From contig JBBRPR010000021.1 of assembly GCA_038227875.1 (NCBI GenBank), forward strand, positions 32,001-96,000: 64,000 bases of DNA, given 5' to 3'. Origin of the DNA: Planctomycetota bacterium (GTDB taxonomy: Bacteria > Planctomycetota > SZUA-567 > H5-PLA8). Of this stretch, positions 1 to 10,175 are shown one piece after another. The stretch's first letter is position 1. The number at the start of each line of letters is the position of its first letter. The position numbers and the translations under genes were made by a program. The notes beneath the pieces are model-generated. The model ran no database searches and was not told the DNA's origin. It was given only the letters and a program-made list of their open reading frames with translations.

Positions 1-882
1 CGCCCCAGCCAGATCACGTCGGCTATCCGGTCGTCCGTGCGCAGGTCTGCGACAGTGGCCGCGGCACCCGTGGGACCCGTGCGGTCGACCAAACAATCCA
101 TCGCCAAGGCACGGCCGCAGCAGAATTGGGTTCCCATCGCCGGCGCTGCCACGGTTGGGATGCTGGTGCTGGCACTGATCGTTTTCGGCATGAAGGGCTC
201 GACACCACCAGCGGAGAAGCCTGCCGATAACGCCAGAACGGAAGGGAACACGCCCGCCGCTTCGCTCACGTCATTGCCCGCGAAAGACCTTCCGCCCGTT
301 CCAACACAAGCGCCGCGGGCCAATCCCGGTCCGTTCCGCTCGCTGGTGAACGGCACGACGCTCGACAACTGGCGCAGCAGGCCCCCGGATTTGTGGATGA
401 ATCGCAATGGAGCGCTGGCCGGCGTGGGGCTCGAAAATGGGTCGACCCAGATGGCACGCAGCGATGCGCTGCCCGCCAACTTTGAATTTTCGTTCACGCT
501 GGTGTCGAGCGGCTCGTTTCATCTGGGCTGGTCGACGGGTCAGTCGGACCTCAGTAACTTCTACGAACGCGAAGGCAACGGCAACACGCGGGTGACCCGA
601 TTTAATGGAGTCGGAGAAGCGACGACGTTATCCCGCGGGACATTCCCCGTTAGCGACGGCAAACACAACTTTGTGTTCGCTGTCTACGATTCGAAAATTC
701 AAGTATTCGTGGACGGACGGCTGCAATGCTCCACCTCGGAAGGCAGCATCACCAAGCCTCCCGCGCGCCACAATCTCTATCTCTACGCTCACGCCAACGC
801 GACCGTCGAATTCCAGAACATCGGCTACCGGGAGCTCTTCACCCAGGCCGATTTCGATGCCACGCCGACCGACAAACGGTGA
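1..882 (+). CDS. 5'-truncated membrane-anchored protein: TM helix, Pro-rich linker, C-terminal beta-sandwich (DUF1080/concanavalin-like) domain
   Basis: Frame is open from base 1. TM segment WVPIAGAATVGMLVLALIVFG; 'FRSLVNGTTLDNW', 'NFEFSFTL', 'IQVFVDG' and 'VEFQNI' resemble DUF1080-type domains. Confidence 0.55.
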   Translation, partial: RPSQITSAIRSSVRRSATVAAAPVGPVRSTKQSIAKARPQQNWVPIAGAATVGMLVLALIVFGMKGSTPPAEKPADNARTEGNTPAASLTSLPAKDLPPVPTQAPRANPGPFRSLVNGTTLDNWRSRPPDLWMNRNGALAGVGLENGSTQMARSDALPANFEFSFTLVSSGSFHLGWSTGQSDLSNFYEREGNGNTRVTRFNGVGEATTLSRGTFPVSDGKHNFVFAVYDSKIQVFVDGRLQCSTSEGSITKPPARHNLYLYAHANATVEFQNIGYRELFTQADFDATPTDKR

Positions 883-883
883 C

Positions 884-897
884 GGGAATGTCGAATT
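884..897 (+). repeat. GGGAATGTCGAATT, copy of an intergenic heptamer-repeat element
   Basis: Identical 14-mer on the minus strand at 42155-42168; both lie 0-1 nt after a stop codon. Confidence 0.5.
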
Positions 898-929
898 AGT
901 GCCGTTCTTCTGTTCTTTTCGACGTTCCG

Positions 930-2129
930 TCACTTTCGCAGCTCTTCTGTTTTGCCCGTCTCGCTATCCTTCAGCACCGCCACGTCGATGGGAATTCCCG
1001 AAGTCCGCACCTTCTTGGCCTCGGTCTTGGGCTGATTGTCGTCGCCCAACAATGGTACGCCATCGGGATCGGTGACCTGTTCGTGGCGCGTCGCGTCACG
1101 GGCGACAGAATCGCGGCGGATTTCCTCGAGCACCTTGCCGGTATCGAACGCGTAGGCTTTGGCGTCGGCCTTGGGCGTGGGCTTGTAAAAGAACTTTCCC
1201 GCCAGGCGCGCGCCGGGGCGCACCTCCACGGTGGTTTCGCGCCAGTCTTGAATGTCGTTGATCCAAATCCGCACTTGGAAGCGGCCGGTATAGTTTTGCG
1301 CGAGAGAATCAGCGCCTGCCAGAGGTACGGTGCCGATAGTTCCACTGAACTTGATCTCGAAATTCGAGAGCGCCGTCGCCGGAACGATCTGGCTCAGTTG
1401 CCCGGCGAACAGGAGATGCGTTGCGTCGTCCGCGACGGCGAGTGCGTCTTTCGGCGCGGTGTAACGAATCTCGCGGAGCACATGGCCAGCGTCGTCCTTC
1501 TCGGAACGATTTGCATGCACCGCGCCGACCAGCTTCACTGCGTACACATACGCGTGCTTCGGTTCGACATACGTGTCAGCAAAGCGCACCCAGTTTTCCA
1601 CCGGCTTGGCCGTGGTCAGGTCGACATTCGCAAACGGCAGCCGCGTATCCAGTGTGTGCGGATCAGTGCCTTCGGCGCGGTAGATGTCCGCACGCTGCAG
1701 GGCCATGTTCACAGCCGTCGGCAACTGAAATTCAACCTGGATACTCCCCCGCTCCGCGCGCGTGCGCAGCTCCTTCAATGGCGGAAGTTCCGTCGACTTC
1801 TCGACGATCTCCGGCCCTTTGATGATGCTCGCCGGATCGATCCCCGGCTTGCTCGGCCGGAGATAAACCTGGCGGGCAGGGAGCACGGGGATCACGGGTG
1901 CGGGGCGTACTAATGGTTGCGGCAGGCGCGCAAGGGCCGCGTCGCCATATCGGTAATCGGCGGAGACCCGCTTGGCGTTGAGCGTGTCTTGAAGCTTCTG
2001 CCGGTCGGCTTCGAGCTGCGCGAACGACTCCGGCTCTCGCTCGTCGACATGCAGCGTCACAAATGTGCCGCAAGCGAGAACCAGAATCCCAAAACAGACT
2101 TTGTGCCAGTGCTTCCGCAGAAAGCTCAT
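930..2129 (-). CDS. Hypothetical N-terminally anchored protein with an FN3-like segment
   Basis: AAGGAGG RBS before ATG at 2129 (MSFLRKHW); N-terminal TM; 'IYRAEG...FADTYVEPKHAYVYAVK' is FN3-like. Confidence 0.6.
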   Translation of the reverse strand: MSFLRKHWHKVCFGILVLACGTFVTLHVDEREPESFAQLEADRQKLQDTLNAKRVSADYRYGDAALARLPQPLVRPAPVIPVLPARQVYLRPSKPGIDPASIIKGPEIVEKSTELPPLKELRTRAERGSIQVEFQLPTAVNMALQRADIYRAEGTDPHTLDTRLPFANVDLTTAKPVENWVRFADTYVEPKHAYVYAVKLVGAVHANRSEKDDAGHVLREIRYTAPKDALAVADDATHLLFAGQLSQIVPATALSNFEIKFSGTIGTVPLAGADSLAQNYTGRFQVRIWINDIQDWRETTVEVRPGARLAGKFFYKPTPKADAKAYAFDTGKVLEEIRRDSVARDATRHEQVTDPDGVPLLGDDNQPKTEAKKVRTSGIPIDVAVLKDSETGKTEELRK

Positions 2130-2240
2130 CGCGCCTCCTTGATTCTCAGTGGAGTTTCGGTTCGTGCCGACGGGCATTCACGTTCCGAAAGTATGTCGAT
2201 GGCCATCGCGATCTGTTGCGAAAAATCTCGAATCAATCCA

Positions 2241-3521
2241 TTATTTAAGCAGCAAAAATTCCGTCGCCATGCTGCCAAACTGCGATTTCTCACCGGCAGC
2301 TTTTTGCACCTGCTCCAGATAGGGAACCGCCACGGGGCTTAATTGGCACGTGGGCGAGAACATCGTTTTCAATTGCACTTTAAACGTCCCGAACAAACCG
2401 CCGACCGGCTGAAGTTGCTTCATCGCCGCCGATTTGCTCAAGCTGGCCTGCAGCTCCTTGGCTTCCGGCAGCCCGGCCAATTCTGCCGTGTACTTTGGTC
2501 CGTAATAGTTGCAGAGAATCGCGTCGTTGTCGGCCAAGTCCTGCGTCACTTTTAAGATCTCGGCGACGCGGTCGGTAATCTTCTTCTTCAACGCTTCGGC
2601 ACGTTTCCGCAGCGCCTCCGATGTCGTCTTGTTCGCGAGGATCCGTTCCAATGCGCTGATCGCGGGCCCCAGCGTCTGCGCATTGGCCTGCTTCACGATC
2701 GATCCCAGATCCTTGTCCGCGTCGTAATCGGGCTCGTACAAGAATGGCGCAAACGCCAGCTCCGAGCGCCGAAATCCTTTCACCGATTCAGCGACTTCCT
2801 GTTCGTCGATGCGATGATCCTTTCCCTTCATCACCTTTAAGCACACGTCCGGTACGCCCGTCTTCGCGGCCGCTGTTTCAAGCTGAATCATGTGATCGGT
2901 TGCATCGGCGCCCAAGGTCGGCTTGGCCAGCGTCCACTCCGCCGAGCCCACTGAGAAAAACCAACTCATCGGCGGCGCCGCGCCCGGCGCGGGAACACGG
3001 TAGTTGGAAGAATACTGAGCTGAGTGACAGAACGGCCAATCCGGACCGCGCGTCTTGGCATAAGTCTGAAAGAGAAGCCCGTGCGTCAGCCCGCCGCCGG
3101 AAAACGAACAGACAATCCCCCGCCCCGCGACGATTTTGTAATCGGCGAACGTCTGCGCGATAGCTTCGTGAGCTGCGGCGACTTTTCCCGGCGTATCCTT
3201 GCCATTGTCGCCGTCCTGGTACTGCATGTTGACTTGGATCAGGTTGAACGTGTCCTCGTACTTGCTCCAGACTTCGATCAAACTTTCCGCGGTACCCGGG
3301 CATCCCTGCCCGTGAAAAAACACATGCAAGCCTGCTGGGTTGTCGTCGGAATAACTGGCCGGAACATTCACCCAGTAATCGTAGCCTGGATGGCTGGTGT
3401 GGCATTGATACTTGCCCGTCTTACCTTTATTAGCCGATGGCTTCGGTGCGGCAGGTGCCGCCTCGCCCGCTCGCAACGAGCAGGAAATAAGCACCAATAG
3501 AATCGCAATGTTTTTCAGCAT
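2241..3521 (-). CDS. Secreted alpha/beta-hydrolase-fold protein with helical C-terminal extension
   Basis: Signal peptide; 'YWVNVPASY', 'VFFHG', nucleophile-elbow-like 'SFSGGG', candidate His in 'KGKDH'. Confidence 0.6.
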   Translation of the reverse strand: MLKNIAILLVLISCSLRAGEAAPAAPKPSANKGKTGKYQCHTSHPGYDYWVNVPASYSDDNPAGLHVFFHGQGCPGTAESLIEVWSKYEDTFNLIQVNMQYQDGDNGKDTPGKVAAAHEAIAQTFADYKIVAGRGIVCSFSGGGLTHGLLFQTYAKTRGPDWPFCHSAQYSSNYRVPAPGAAPPMSWFFSVGSAEWTLAKPTLGADATDHMIQLETAAAKTGVPDVCLKVMKGKDHRIDEQEVAESVKGFRRSELAFAPFLYEPDYDADKDLGSIVKQANAQTLGPAISALERILANKTTSEALRKRAEALKKKITDRVAEILKVTQDLADNDAILCNYYGPKYTAELAGLPEAKELQASLSKSAAMKQLQPVGGLFGTFKVQLKTMFSPTCQLSPVAVPYLEQVQKAAGEKSQFGSMATEFLLLK

Positions 3522-3720
3522 GGGATCTCCGTCGTCATATGTATATGTGGACGACCGTTATAATGGGAATCAGGTGAAAAAAGTCACCGAAAATAGACCG
3601 GACACAATTGCCGCGGTGATGTACTCCTTACATCGCACCCAGAATCTGCTTCAGCGGATCGCTAATGGGATACGGCCGTTCGATCGGCAGAAGCGCTTTC
3701 GCCTCGCTCAATTTTCTAGC

Positions 3721-4233
3721 TTAGACCAAGGCGTCAAGATGCCGAGCTTGTGCGGTAACATCCGAAATACCAACGGTCCAATCCGCGACGTACCTTAGAA
3801 CCGCTTCGCCACCAATTCCAATCTGAATCGAGCGATACGGCATCTCACCGAGCACCAGCGAACGTTCCGGGTCCCACTGAACGCGCACTGGCGCCACGTT
3901 TTTCCGCTGCTCGAATTCTTCCGCAGTGGCGTACACAGTCGGGTCGAAGTGGCTCAAGCTGGAATGCGCTAACGCCCATTCAAATCCATCGCGCATGATC
4001 TCGATGGCCAGTACGCGTTCCTGGCCCGCCTTCGTCGCCCATCCGCAACGGTACATCATCCACAGAAACGAGGGCTTGATCCACGTCATCCTCTCCAATT
4101 TAAATGGGGCCACGAAGCGCCCTGCTCGCAATGCCGGTTCTGCGATCTCCGGCGCATATGCTTGATATACAGTGATCGTTGACTCCGTGTACGCGGCACG
4201 AATTTGGCGATACGGAATGACGGCGTTCTCCAT
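3721..4233 (-). CDS. DUF4291 family protein
   Basis: Motifs 'TITVYQAY', 'RMTWIKPSFLWMMYRCGW', 'VRVQWDPER', 'RSIQIG'. Confidence 0.85.
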   Translation of the reverse strand: MENAVIPYRQIRAAYTESTITVYQAYAPEIAEPALRAGRFVAPFKLERMTWIKPSFLWMMYRCGWATKAGQERVLAIEIMRDGFEWALAHSSLSHFDPTVYATAEEFEQRKNVAPVRVQWDPERSLVLGEMPYRSIQIGIGGEAVLRYVADWTVGISDVTAQARHLDALV

Positions 4234-4518
4234 AAAAACTCCCTCACCTTTTATCTTAGTGTTAATTGTACACTATATTTCTTGAAAAGCAATTATCAAG
4301 AACCCTTTGATTTTCGGACGACGAGCCATCCGATTTTCGGACGAACAAAACTATGCACACCCTTTTAATATGAAACGACCTAGTGCAGCGTGTTTATCAC
4401 TCTCGCAAAGAACTATGAATTGCTCCCGAGCTCCCGATGGCGCAGAAACTTCCGAGGTTGCGCAATGTGGTATTGCGTTGGCTAGACAAGATTTTGGCTC
4501 TCGTCGGGGATCTCTCGC

Positions 4519-4980
4519 ATGACACACACCGTTGCTTCCGCCGCCGATAAACTGATCATTGTGTGTGACGATTGCGACGACATTCTGGCCATGTTCTATA
4601 GCCTTCTCCGCCGCGTCGGTTACCGGGTGGAAACCGTCCACGGCTACCGCGAACTTCAAGAGCTGCTCAAAACCGTGAAGCCGGACCTGTTCATCCTCGA
4701 TGTCCTGATGCCTGAATTCGACGGTTTCTGGATTGCCGAAGAATTGCTCTGCCAGGGCTACACCACGCCGATGATGTTCATCACCGCGTACGACAGCCCC
4801 GCCCTGCGGCTGAACGCACCAGTGATCGGCGCGGTCGAATACCTGCTCAAGCCCATCGACCCGGATATCCTACTGCCCAAAGTCGCCAAGGCCTTTCAGC
4901 TTAAGCCAACGGAGACCAACTGGAACCTGAAGGTGACCGGCCCCAAGCGCTTCGAGGACGACCCGCCGTTGTCGTCGTGA
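4519..4980 (+). CDS. Single-domain response regulator
   Basis: Receiver motifs 'VCDD', 'ILDVLMPEFDG', 'FITA', 'LLKP'. Confidence 0.85.
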   Translation: MTHTVASAADKLIIVCDDCDDILAMFYSLLRRVGYRVETVHGYRELQELLKTVKPDLFILDVLMPEFDGFWIAEELLCQGYTTPMMFITAYDSPALRLNAPVIGAVEYLLKPIDPDILLPKVAKAFQLKPTETNWNLKVTGPKRFEDDPPLSS

Positions 4981-5037
4981 ACCCCTGCCGCCGAACAGAA
5001 GTGAAAGCCATCGCGATTCCGGTTATAACGCGCACCC

Positions 5038-6837
5038 ATGCCCGATCCCGCTCGAAGCCCCACGCTTCGCCCGCTCAATGCTGTGTGGCCGCGCTACGCA
5101 GCCATTTTCGCCATCGCGCTGGCGCTACTTCACAACCTCCAACGAAGCTGGCTGAAATGGGGCGATCTGCTCGTCGATTCGTTCCGCGACCTCGACATCG
5201 CCCGCCAGGTCAGCGAAGGCCGGCAGCTCTACTCCGATCTGCGTTACTGCTACGGACCTCTGGCGATTTGGATCAATGCGACCGCGTTCAAATTATTCGG
5301 CGCGAACACACACGTGGCGATGACCTGCGGATTTCTCTGCACCGTGTTGACCTGCGTGGTCCTGTACCGCTTCGCACGCTGCTTTATGCCGAGGCTCGGA
5401 GCGACTGCCATTACGCTGTCGTTTCTCTACATCTGCGCGTTCGGGCACCTGACACCAAATAGCGCCTTCAATTACATGCTGCCCTACACGCCCGTCGCGA
5501 CGTACGGCATGCTCACCGCGCTGACCAGTCTGTACTTCCTGACGCGCTACGTTCAGAAGAACAAGCGGCGCGATCTCTTCTGCTCCGCGGCGGCACTGTT
5601 ACTTACCGCGCTGACCAAAATTGAACTGCTGACCGCGCTCACCGCCGCGCATGTGCTCGCGCAACTCATGCAACTTCGATCCGGGCGCGTAATCTGGCGC
5701 GAACTGGCCATCGCGTATCTTCCCGCGGCAGTCATTGCTGTTTGCGTTTACACCGCGCTCTTTCTCCGCGTGGGTCCGGCGCTCTTCTCCGACAACCTGC
5801 TCGCGCTGATGGCCCCCACGTTCAAAAAGTTTTCGCTCGACACGCTGGGTCTCGCCGACTGGCGCGCCTCGCTCTGGAGCATGCTGTTCTGCGCGCGCGC
5901 CATGCTGGTCGTGCTTGCCGCCGCGCTGGCAGCCGTCCTATTGGAACGCAAACTGACCCGCGCGCGGCCGACAGACACGCCAACCCGCTTCGGATTTTTT
6001 CTGGGCCTCGCCTGCATGATGCTCTCCGGCGTGATCTTCGCGCGCTTGCCGGTCGAACACGCGTTTCGCGTATTGCCACTGCTGGCCGTCGCCCGTCTGG
6101 CCATGCTGTTGTGGAATGGCGTGCGCAATCCGTGGCGCAGCGATGAGGTGGCCGAAGCGGCGTTGTGGCTTTGTTGCTTCGTCTGCCTGGGCCGGACTCT
6201 GTTCCGCACCGTCGCGTTTCACTATGGTTTTTACCTGCTCCTCCCCGGCCTGATTGCGCTGGGAATATTCTGGTTCGTGTATCTGCCGCACAAGGCGCCG
6301 GCACAAAACTGGGTGACGCGGCTCTGCGGCGCCGGCGTCTTTGCCGGATTGATCTTCTCGCATGTCCAGATTTCCGACCTCGCCTACGCGTTGAGCACCC
6401 AGCCAATCCGCACGCCTGCTACGGAACTCTACGCCATCCACAGTTTCAACGGCGTTCCCACCGGCGTCTGCTGGGCGGAGACCATCCGCCTGCTCGCCAA
6501 ACTACCGCCGCAAAGCCGCGTGCTCGCCATTCCGCAGGGAATGGGCCTGCTCTTCAGCGCCGGTCTCGAGAACACCTACGGCAGCGGCGAATTCACCGAA
6601 CCGGAAGTCACCGGCAACTACGACGACGCGCATCTGCTCGCGCGACTGAAGGCCCAGCCGCCCGACCTGATCGTCCGCACCGCCAGTCCGCGCGAAGTCT
6701 TCGGCATCTTCGGCGACGATTATGCGCAGAACACCTGGACGTGGATCACCGACAACTACGAAGCGCTGCCGTACTCGGTCGGCCCCGACAACTACATACT
6801 GATATTCAAAAAGAAGAATTCCCCCGATCCGTTTTAA
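5038..6837 (+). CDS. Polytopic GT-C-fold (ArnT/PMT-like) glycosyltransferase
   Basis: Many TM helices; first loop 'WGDLLVDSFRDL...G..LYSD...YGPL'; 'LTKIE' motif; soluble C-terminal domain. Confidence 0.7.
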   Translation: MPDPARSPTLRPLNAVWPRYAAIFAIALALLHNLQRSWLKWGDLLVDSFRDLDIARQVSEGRQLYSDLRYCYGPLAIWINATAFKLFGANTHVAMTCGFLCTVLTCVVLYRFARCFMPRLGATAITLSFLYICAFGHLTPNSAFNYMLPYTPVATYGMLTALTSLYFLTRYVQKNKRRDLFCSAAALLLTALTKIELLTALTAAHVLAQLMQLRSGRVIWRELAIAYLPAAVIAVCVYTALFLRVGPALFSDNLLALMAPTFKKFSLDTLGLADWRASLWSMLFCARAMLVVLAAALAAVLLERKLTRARPTDTPTRFGFFLGLACMMLSGVIFARLPVEHAFRVLPLLAVARLAMLLWNGVRNPWRSDEVAEAALWLCCFVCLGRTLFRTVAFHYGFYLLLPGLIALGIFWFVYLPHKAPAQNWVTRLCGAGVFAGLIFSHVQISDLAYALSTQPIRTPATELYAIHSFNGVPTGVCWAETIRLLAKLPPQSRVLAIPQGMGLLFSAGLENTYGSGEFTEPEVTGNYDDAHLLARLKAQPPDLIVRTASPREVFGIFGDDYAQNTWTWITDNYEALPYSVGPDNYILIFKKKNSPDPF

Positions 6838-6861
6838 TTGCACCCACTGGAGAGCCACTCA

Positions 6862-8976
6862 ATGCGACTCGTAACTCTGTCCCGGCTCGTGCTTGTGTTG
6901 ATGCTCGTCCCGTCCGCGCTCTGCGCCGAAGACTTGACCGTCGTCAGCTTCGACAAGGAAGCCGACGTCGCGAAAATCGTCGTCAGCGACGTGAAAGTCA
7001 GCAGCGCCAAAGCCACAGATGGCTCCGCTGTGCTCCACGTCAGCAGCGGCCACAAGAATCCCTGGCCGGGCCTCACGCTTAAACCCGAGGCTGGCGCCGC
7101 CGCGTGGGATCTTTCGAAGTTCGAGAACCTCACTGTCGACATCAAAAATACCGGCACCGAAGACGTGCAGGTCAACTGCCGCGTCGATAATCCCGGCGCC
7201 GACGGAGTGAAAAACTGCGTCACCGATCACGCCATGATCAAACCCGGCGAACGCAAGACGCTCACCGTTAATCTCCCCCACCCGCCCGCGAAGCAATTGA
7301 ACGTCGCGCTCTTTGGCATGAACGGCTATCCGGCCGTGGCTGCCGCGGCGATGAAATCCAGCGTCGATCCGGCGAAGATCAACCAACTCGTCATTTTTCT
7401 CGCACAGCCGCAGAAGGATTACGAATTTGAATTGAGTTCCATTCGCGCCACGGGCAACTTCACGCCGGCGCCGATTCCCGCTGGTCTCGATGAGAAGAAT
7501 TTTTTTCCGTTCATCGACACCTTCGGACAGTACATTCACGCCGACTGGCCGGGCAAAACACATTCCGTCGAAGAACTCAAAGCACGCATCGCCACGGAAG
7601 CCACGGACCTCGCCGCAAAATCCGGCCCGCCGAAGGTAGATCAGTACGGCGGATTTGTCGACGGCCCCAAGCTCGAAGCCACCGGTTTCTTCCGCACGCA
7701 GAAGGTCGATGGCAAGTGGTGGCTGGTCGATCCGGACGGCCGCCTCTTCTGGTCGCACGGCATCGATTGCGTTCAAGTCTGGCAGGATACGCCGGTCGAA
7801 GAACGCGAGAACTGGTTCCAGAATTTTCCAGGCGATCAGCCCGAATATAAAAGTCTGCTCAAGAAACCCTGGAAGATTCTCCACGGCCACTACGCCGGAA
7901 AGCTTCCCAACTGTTTCTTCTTCAGCGTCGCCAACCTGATGCGCAAGTACGGCGCGGACTGGCAGAAATCGTTTAACGAACTGGCACACCTGCGGATGAA
8001 ATCCTGGGGCCTGAACACCATCGGCTCCTGGTCCAGCGCCGACGTTTATCTGTTGCGCAAAACGCCGTACACCGTCTTCCTCTCCGCGCCCGGAAAACCA
8101 CTCGAAGGCAGCGAAGGCTTCTGGGGAAAATTTCGCGACGTCTTTGATCCCAGTTACGAAGCCGATCTGAAAAAACGCTTCGCCGAGCAGGAAAAAGCCA
8201 TCGGCGATCCGTGGTGCCTGGGCTACTTCATCGACAATGAAATGGCGTGGGGCGACGACACGTCCCTCTCTCTTGCCACGTTGAAATCTCCCGCCGAACA
8301 GCCTGCGAAGAAAGTCTTCCTCGCCGATTTGAAAGCGAAGTACACCGAGATCGCGAAGCTCAACGCCGTCTGGGGCACGGCCTACGCATCCTGGGACGCG
8401 CTGGCCGAATCGCGCACCGCTCCCGACAAGGAAAAAGCGCGCGCCGATCTCACCGCGTTCTATACCAAAACCGCTGAGCAGTATTTCAAGACCAGCCACG
8501 ATGTATTAAAAGCCGCCGCGCCCAAGCAACTCTATCTCGGCTGCCGCTTCGCCTGGACCAACGATCTAGCCGTCGCCGCAGCCGTGAAGTACTGCGACGT
8601 AATCAGCTTCAATCTCTACCACCGCTCGATCGCCGACTTCACCGTCCCCGGCAAAGCCGATGTCCCGTTACTGGTCGGCGAATTCCACTTCGGAGCTCTC
8701 GACCGCGGCATGTTCCACACCGGCCTGGTCCCCACGCGCGATCAAGCCGAACGCGCGAGCCTCTACAAAAGTTATGTCACCGGCGCGTTGAAGCACCCCA
8801 ATTTCGTCGGCGTCCACTGGTTCCAATATATGGACGAACCCACTACCGGCCGCTCGCTGGACGGTGAGAACTATCAGATCGGCTTCGTCGATGGCACCGA
8901 CACGCCCTACCCCGAGATCATCGAATCCGCCCGCGAGATCGGCTGGCACCTTTACGAACTTCGCGCCGGCAAATAG
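6862..8976 (+). CDS. Secreted GH50-like (beta-agarase/beta-galactosidase clan GH-A) glycoside hydrolase with N-terminal CBM-like domain
   Basis: Signal peptide from ATG 6862; 'GFFRTQKVDGKWWLVDPDG', acid/base 'FIDNE', nucleophile 'GEFHFG', 'HWFQYMDEP...DGENYQIG'. Substrate cannot be determined from sequence. Confidence 0.8.
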   Translation: MRLVTLSRLVLVLMLVPSALCAEDLTVVSFDKEADVAKIVVSDVKVSSAKATDGSAVLHVSSGHKNPWPGLTLKPEAGAAAWDLSKFENLTVDIKNTGTEDVQVNCRVDNPGADGVKNCVTDHAMIKPGERKTLTVNLPHPPAKQLNVALFGMNGYPAVAAAAMKSSVDPAKINQLVIFLAQPQKDYEFELSSIRATGNFTPAPIPAGLDEKNFFPFIDTFGQYIHADWPGKTHSVEELKARIATEATDLAAKSGPPKVDQYGGFVDGPKLEATGFFRTQKVDGKWWLVDPDGRLFWSHGIDCVQVWQDTPVEERENWFQNFPGDQPEYKSLLKKPWKILHGHYAGKLPNCFFFSVANLMRKYGADWQKSFNELAHLRMKSWGLNTIGSWSSADVYLLRKTPYTVFLSAPGKPLEGSEGFWGKFRDVFDPSYEADLKKRFAEQEKAIGDPWCLGYFIDNEMAWGDDTSLSLATLKSPAEQPAKKVFLADLKAKYTEIAKLNAVWGTAYASWDALAESRTAPDKEKARADLTAFYTKTAEQYFKTSHDVLKAAAPKQLYLGCRFAWTNDLAVAAAVKYCDVISFNLYHRSIADFTVPGKADVPLLVGEFHFGALDRGMFHTGLVPTRDQAERASLYKSYVTGALKHPNFVGVHWFQYMDEPTTGRSLDGENYQIGFVDGTDTPYPEIIESAREIGWHLYELRAGK

Positions 8977-9242
8977 GTAGACGTTAACCATACTCCACCC
9001 GCGCGATGCATGGGACGGATCAACCCGCGCCGATGCATCGTGCACAAAGCAACGTCCCAAAAGCAATCAACCTCCCACCGAATTTGATTCGCCCGCTTCG
9101 ATCTTCGAAATGAATTGAGCCCCGTCGGCCCGCGCGCCGTCCGATTTCTCCGCGATCGCGTAACGCGGTCGCATACTTGCAGAGCATTACGCGGAGTTAA
9201 CTGGGAAGCATTGGGAATAAATATGTTTGCTCAAATTTACTC

Positions 9243-10061
9243 ATGAGGAACCCACAAATGCCCGCGCGAAAAAAGAAGACCTCTCCCAAAAAGAAACCTG
9301 CTAAAGCATCCGTTGCTTCATTAAAGGAATATCAGGCCAAACGAAACTTCGCCGTCTCGCCCGAACCCAGCGGTGCGGCGCCAGCCAAATCCCCAAAAGG
9401 GCGTGAGCTTTTCTTCTGCGTGCAGAAACATTGGGCCAGTCACCTTCACTATGATTTCAGGCTCGAATGGAACGGCGTCCTTTTGTCGTGGGCCGTGCCC
9501 AAAGGCCCGTCGCTACAACCGCGCGACAAACGGCTGGCGATGAAAGTCGAAGATCATCCCTTCGACTATGGAGAATTCGAAGGCGTCATCCCCGAAGGCT
9601 ATGGCGCGGGCGTGGTGATGCTCTGGGACAAGGGCACGTGGCACGCAGAGTCTGAAGACACCGCCGCCGCGCTGGCCAAAGGCGAACTGAAATTCACGCT
9701 CAACGGAGTCAAACTCAAAGGCTCGTGGGTACTCGTTCGTACTGGGCCAACAGACAGTCGCACGTGGCTGTTGATCAAGCATCGCGACGCGTGGTCCGGT
9801 GACGTCGACATCGCGACATTCGCGCCAAACAGCGTCAAGAGTGACGGCTCATTCAAAGCCATTCTGACCGCCCACGCGCCTGAATTCTGGAACTCCAATC
9901 GAAATCAGGAAAAGGTGCCCGGTGCGCAGTTGCAAAAGGTGATCGAGAAAATTCTCGCTGAAGATTTACCAAAGACCGCGGCAACATCCCGCTCCCAAGC
10001 GCGGACGCGAAAGCCACGCGGCTCAACACGAGCCAAATCGGCCGCGCCAATTCATCCGTGA
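9243..10061 (+). CDS. ligD: Stand-alone LigD 3'-phosphoesterase (PE) domain protein
   Basis: 'VQKHWASHLHYDFRLE', 'SWAVPKGP', 'VEDHP', 'GYGAGVVMLWDKG', 'WLLIK'. Start could be 9258. Confidence 0.9.
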   Translation: MRNPQMPARKKKTSPKKKPAKASVASLKEYQAKRNFAVSPEPSGAAPAKSPKGRELFFCVQKHWASHLHYDFRLEWNGVLLSWAVPKGPSLQPRDKRLAMKVEDHPFDYGEFEGVIPEGYGAGVVMLWDKGTWHAESEDTAAALAKGELKFTLNGVKLKGSWVLVRTGPTDSRTWLLIKHRDAWSGDVDIATFAPNSVKSDGSFKAILTAHAPEFWNSNRNQEKVPGAQLQKVIEKILAEDLPKTAATSRSQARTRKPRGSTRAKSAAPIHP

Positions 10062-10175
10062 CGCGACGTTGGAACGTGGGTTGCTTCCACATTCTGCGCT
10101 TCGCGTTCGATGCTGTACCACACGCGCGCTCCGTCTGTTTGAAAATTTCCGCAGGCCTCAGCGAAAACTAGTTCC

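Noticed and set aside
3522..4518. AT-richer segment around DUF4291 as a mobile island
   Set aside because: No mobility gene or flanking direct repeats; composition shift judged only by eye.
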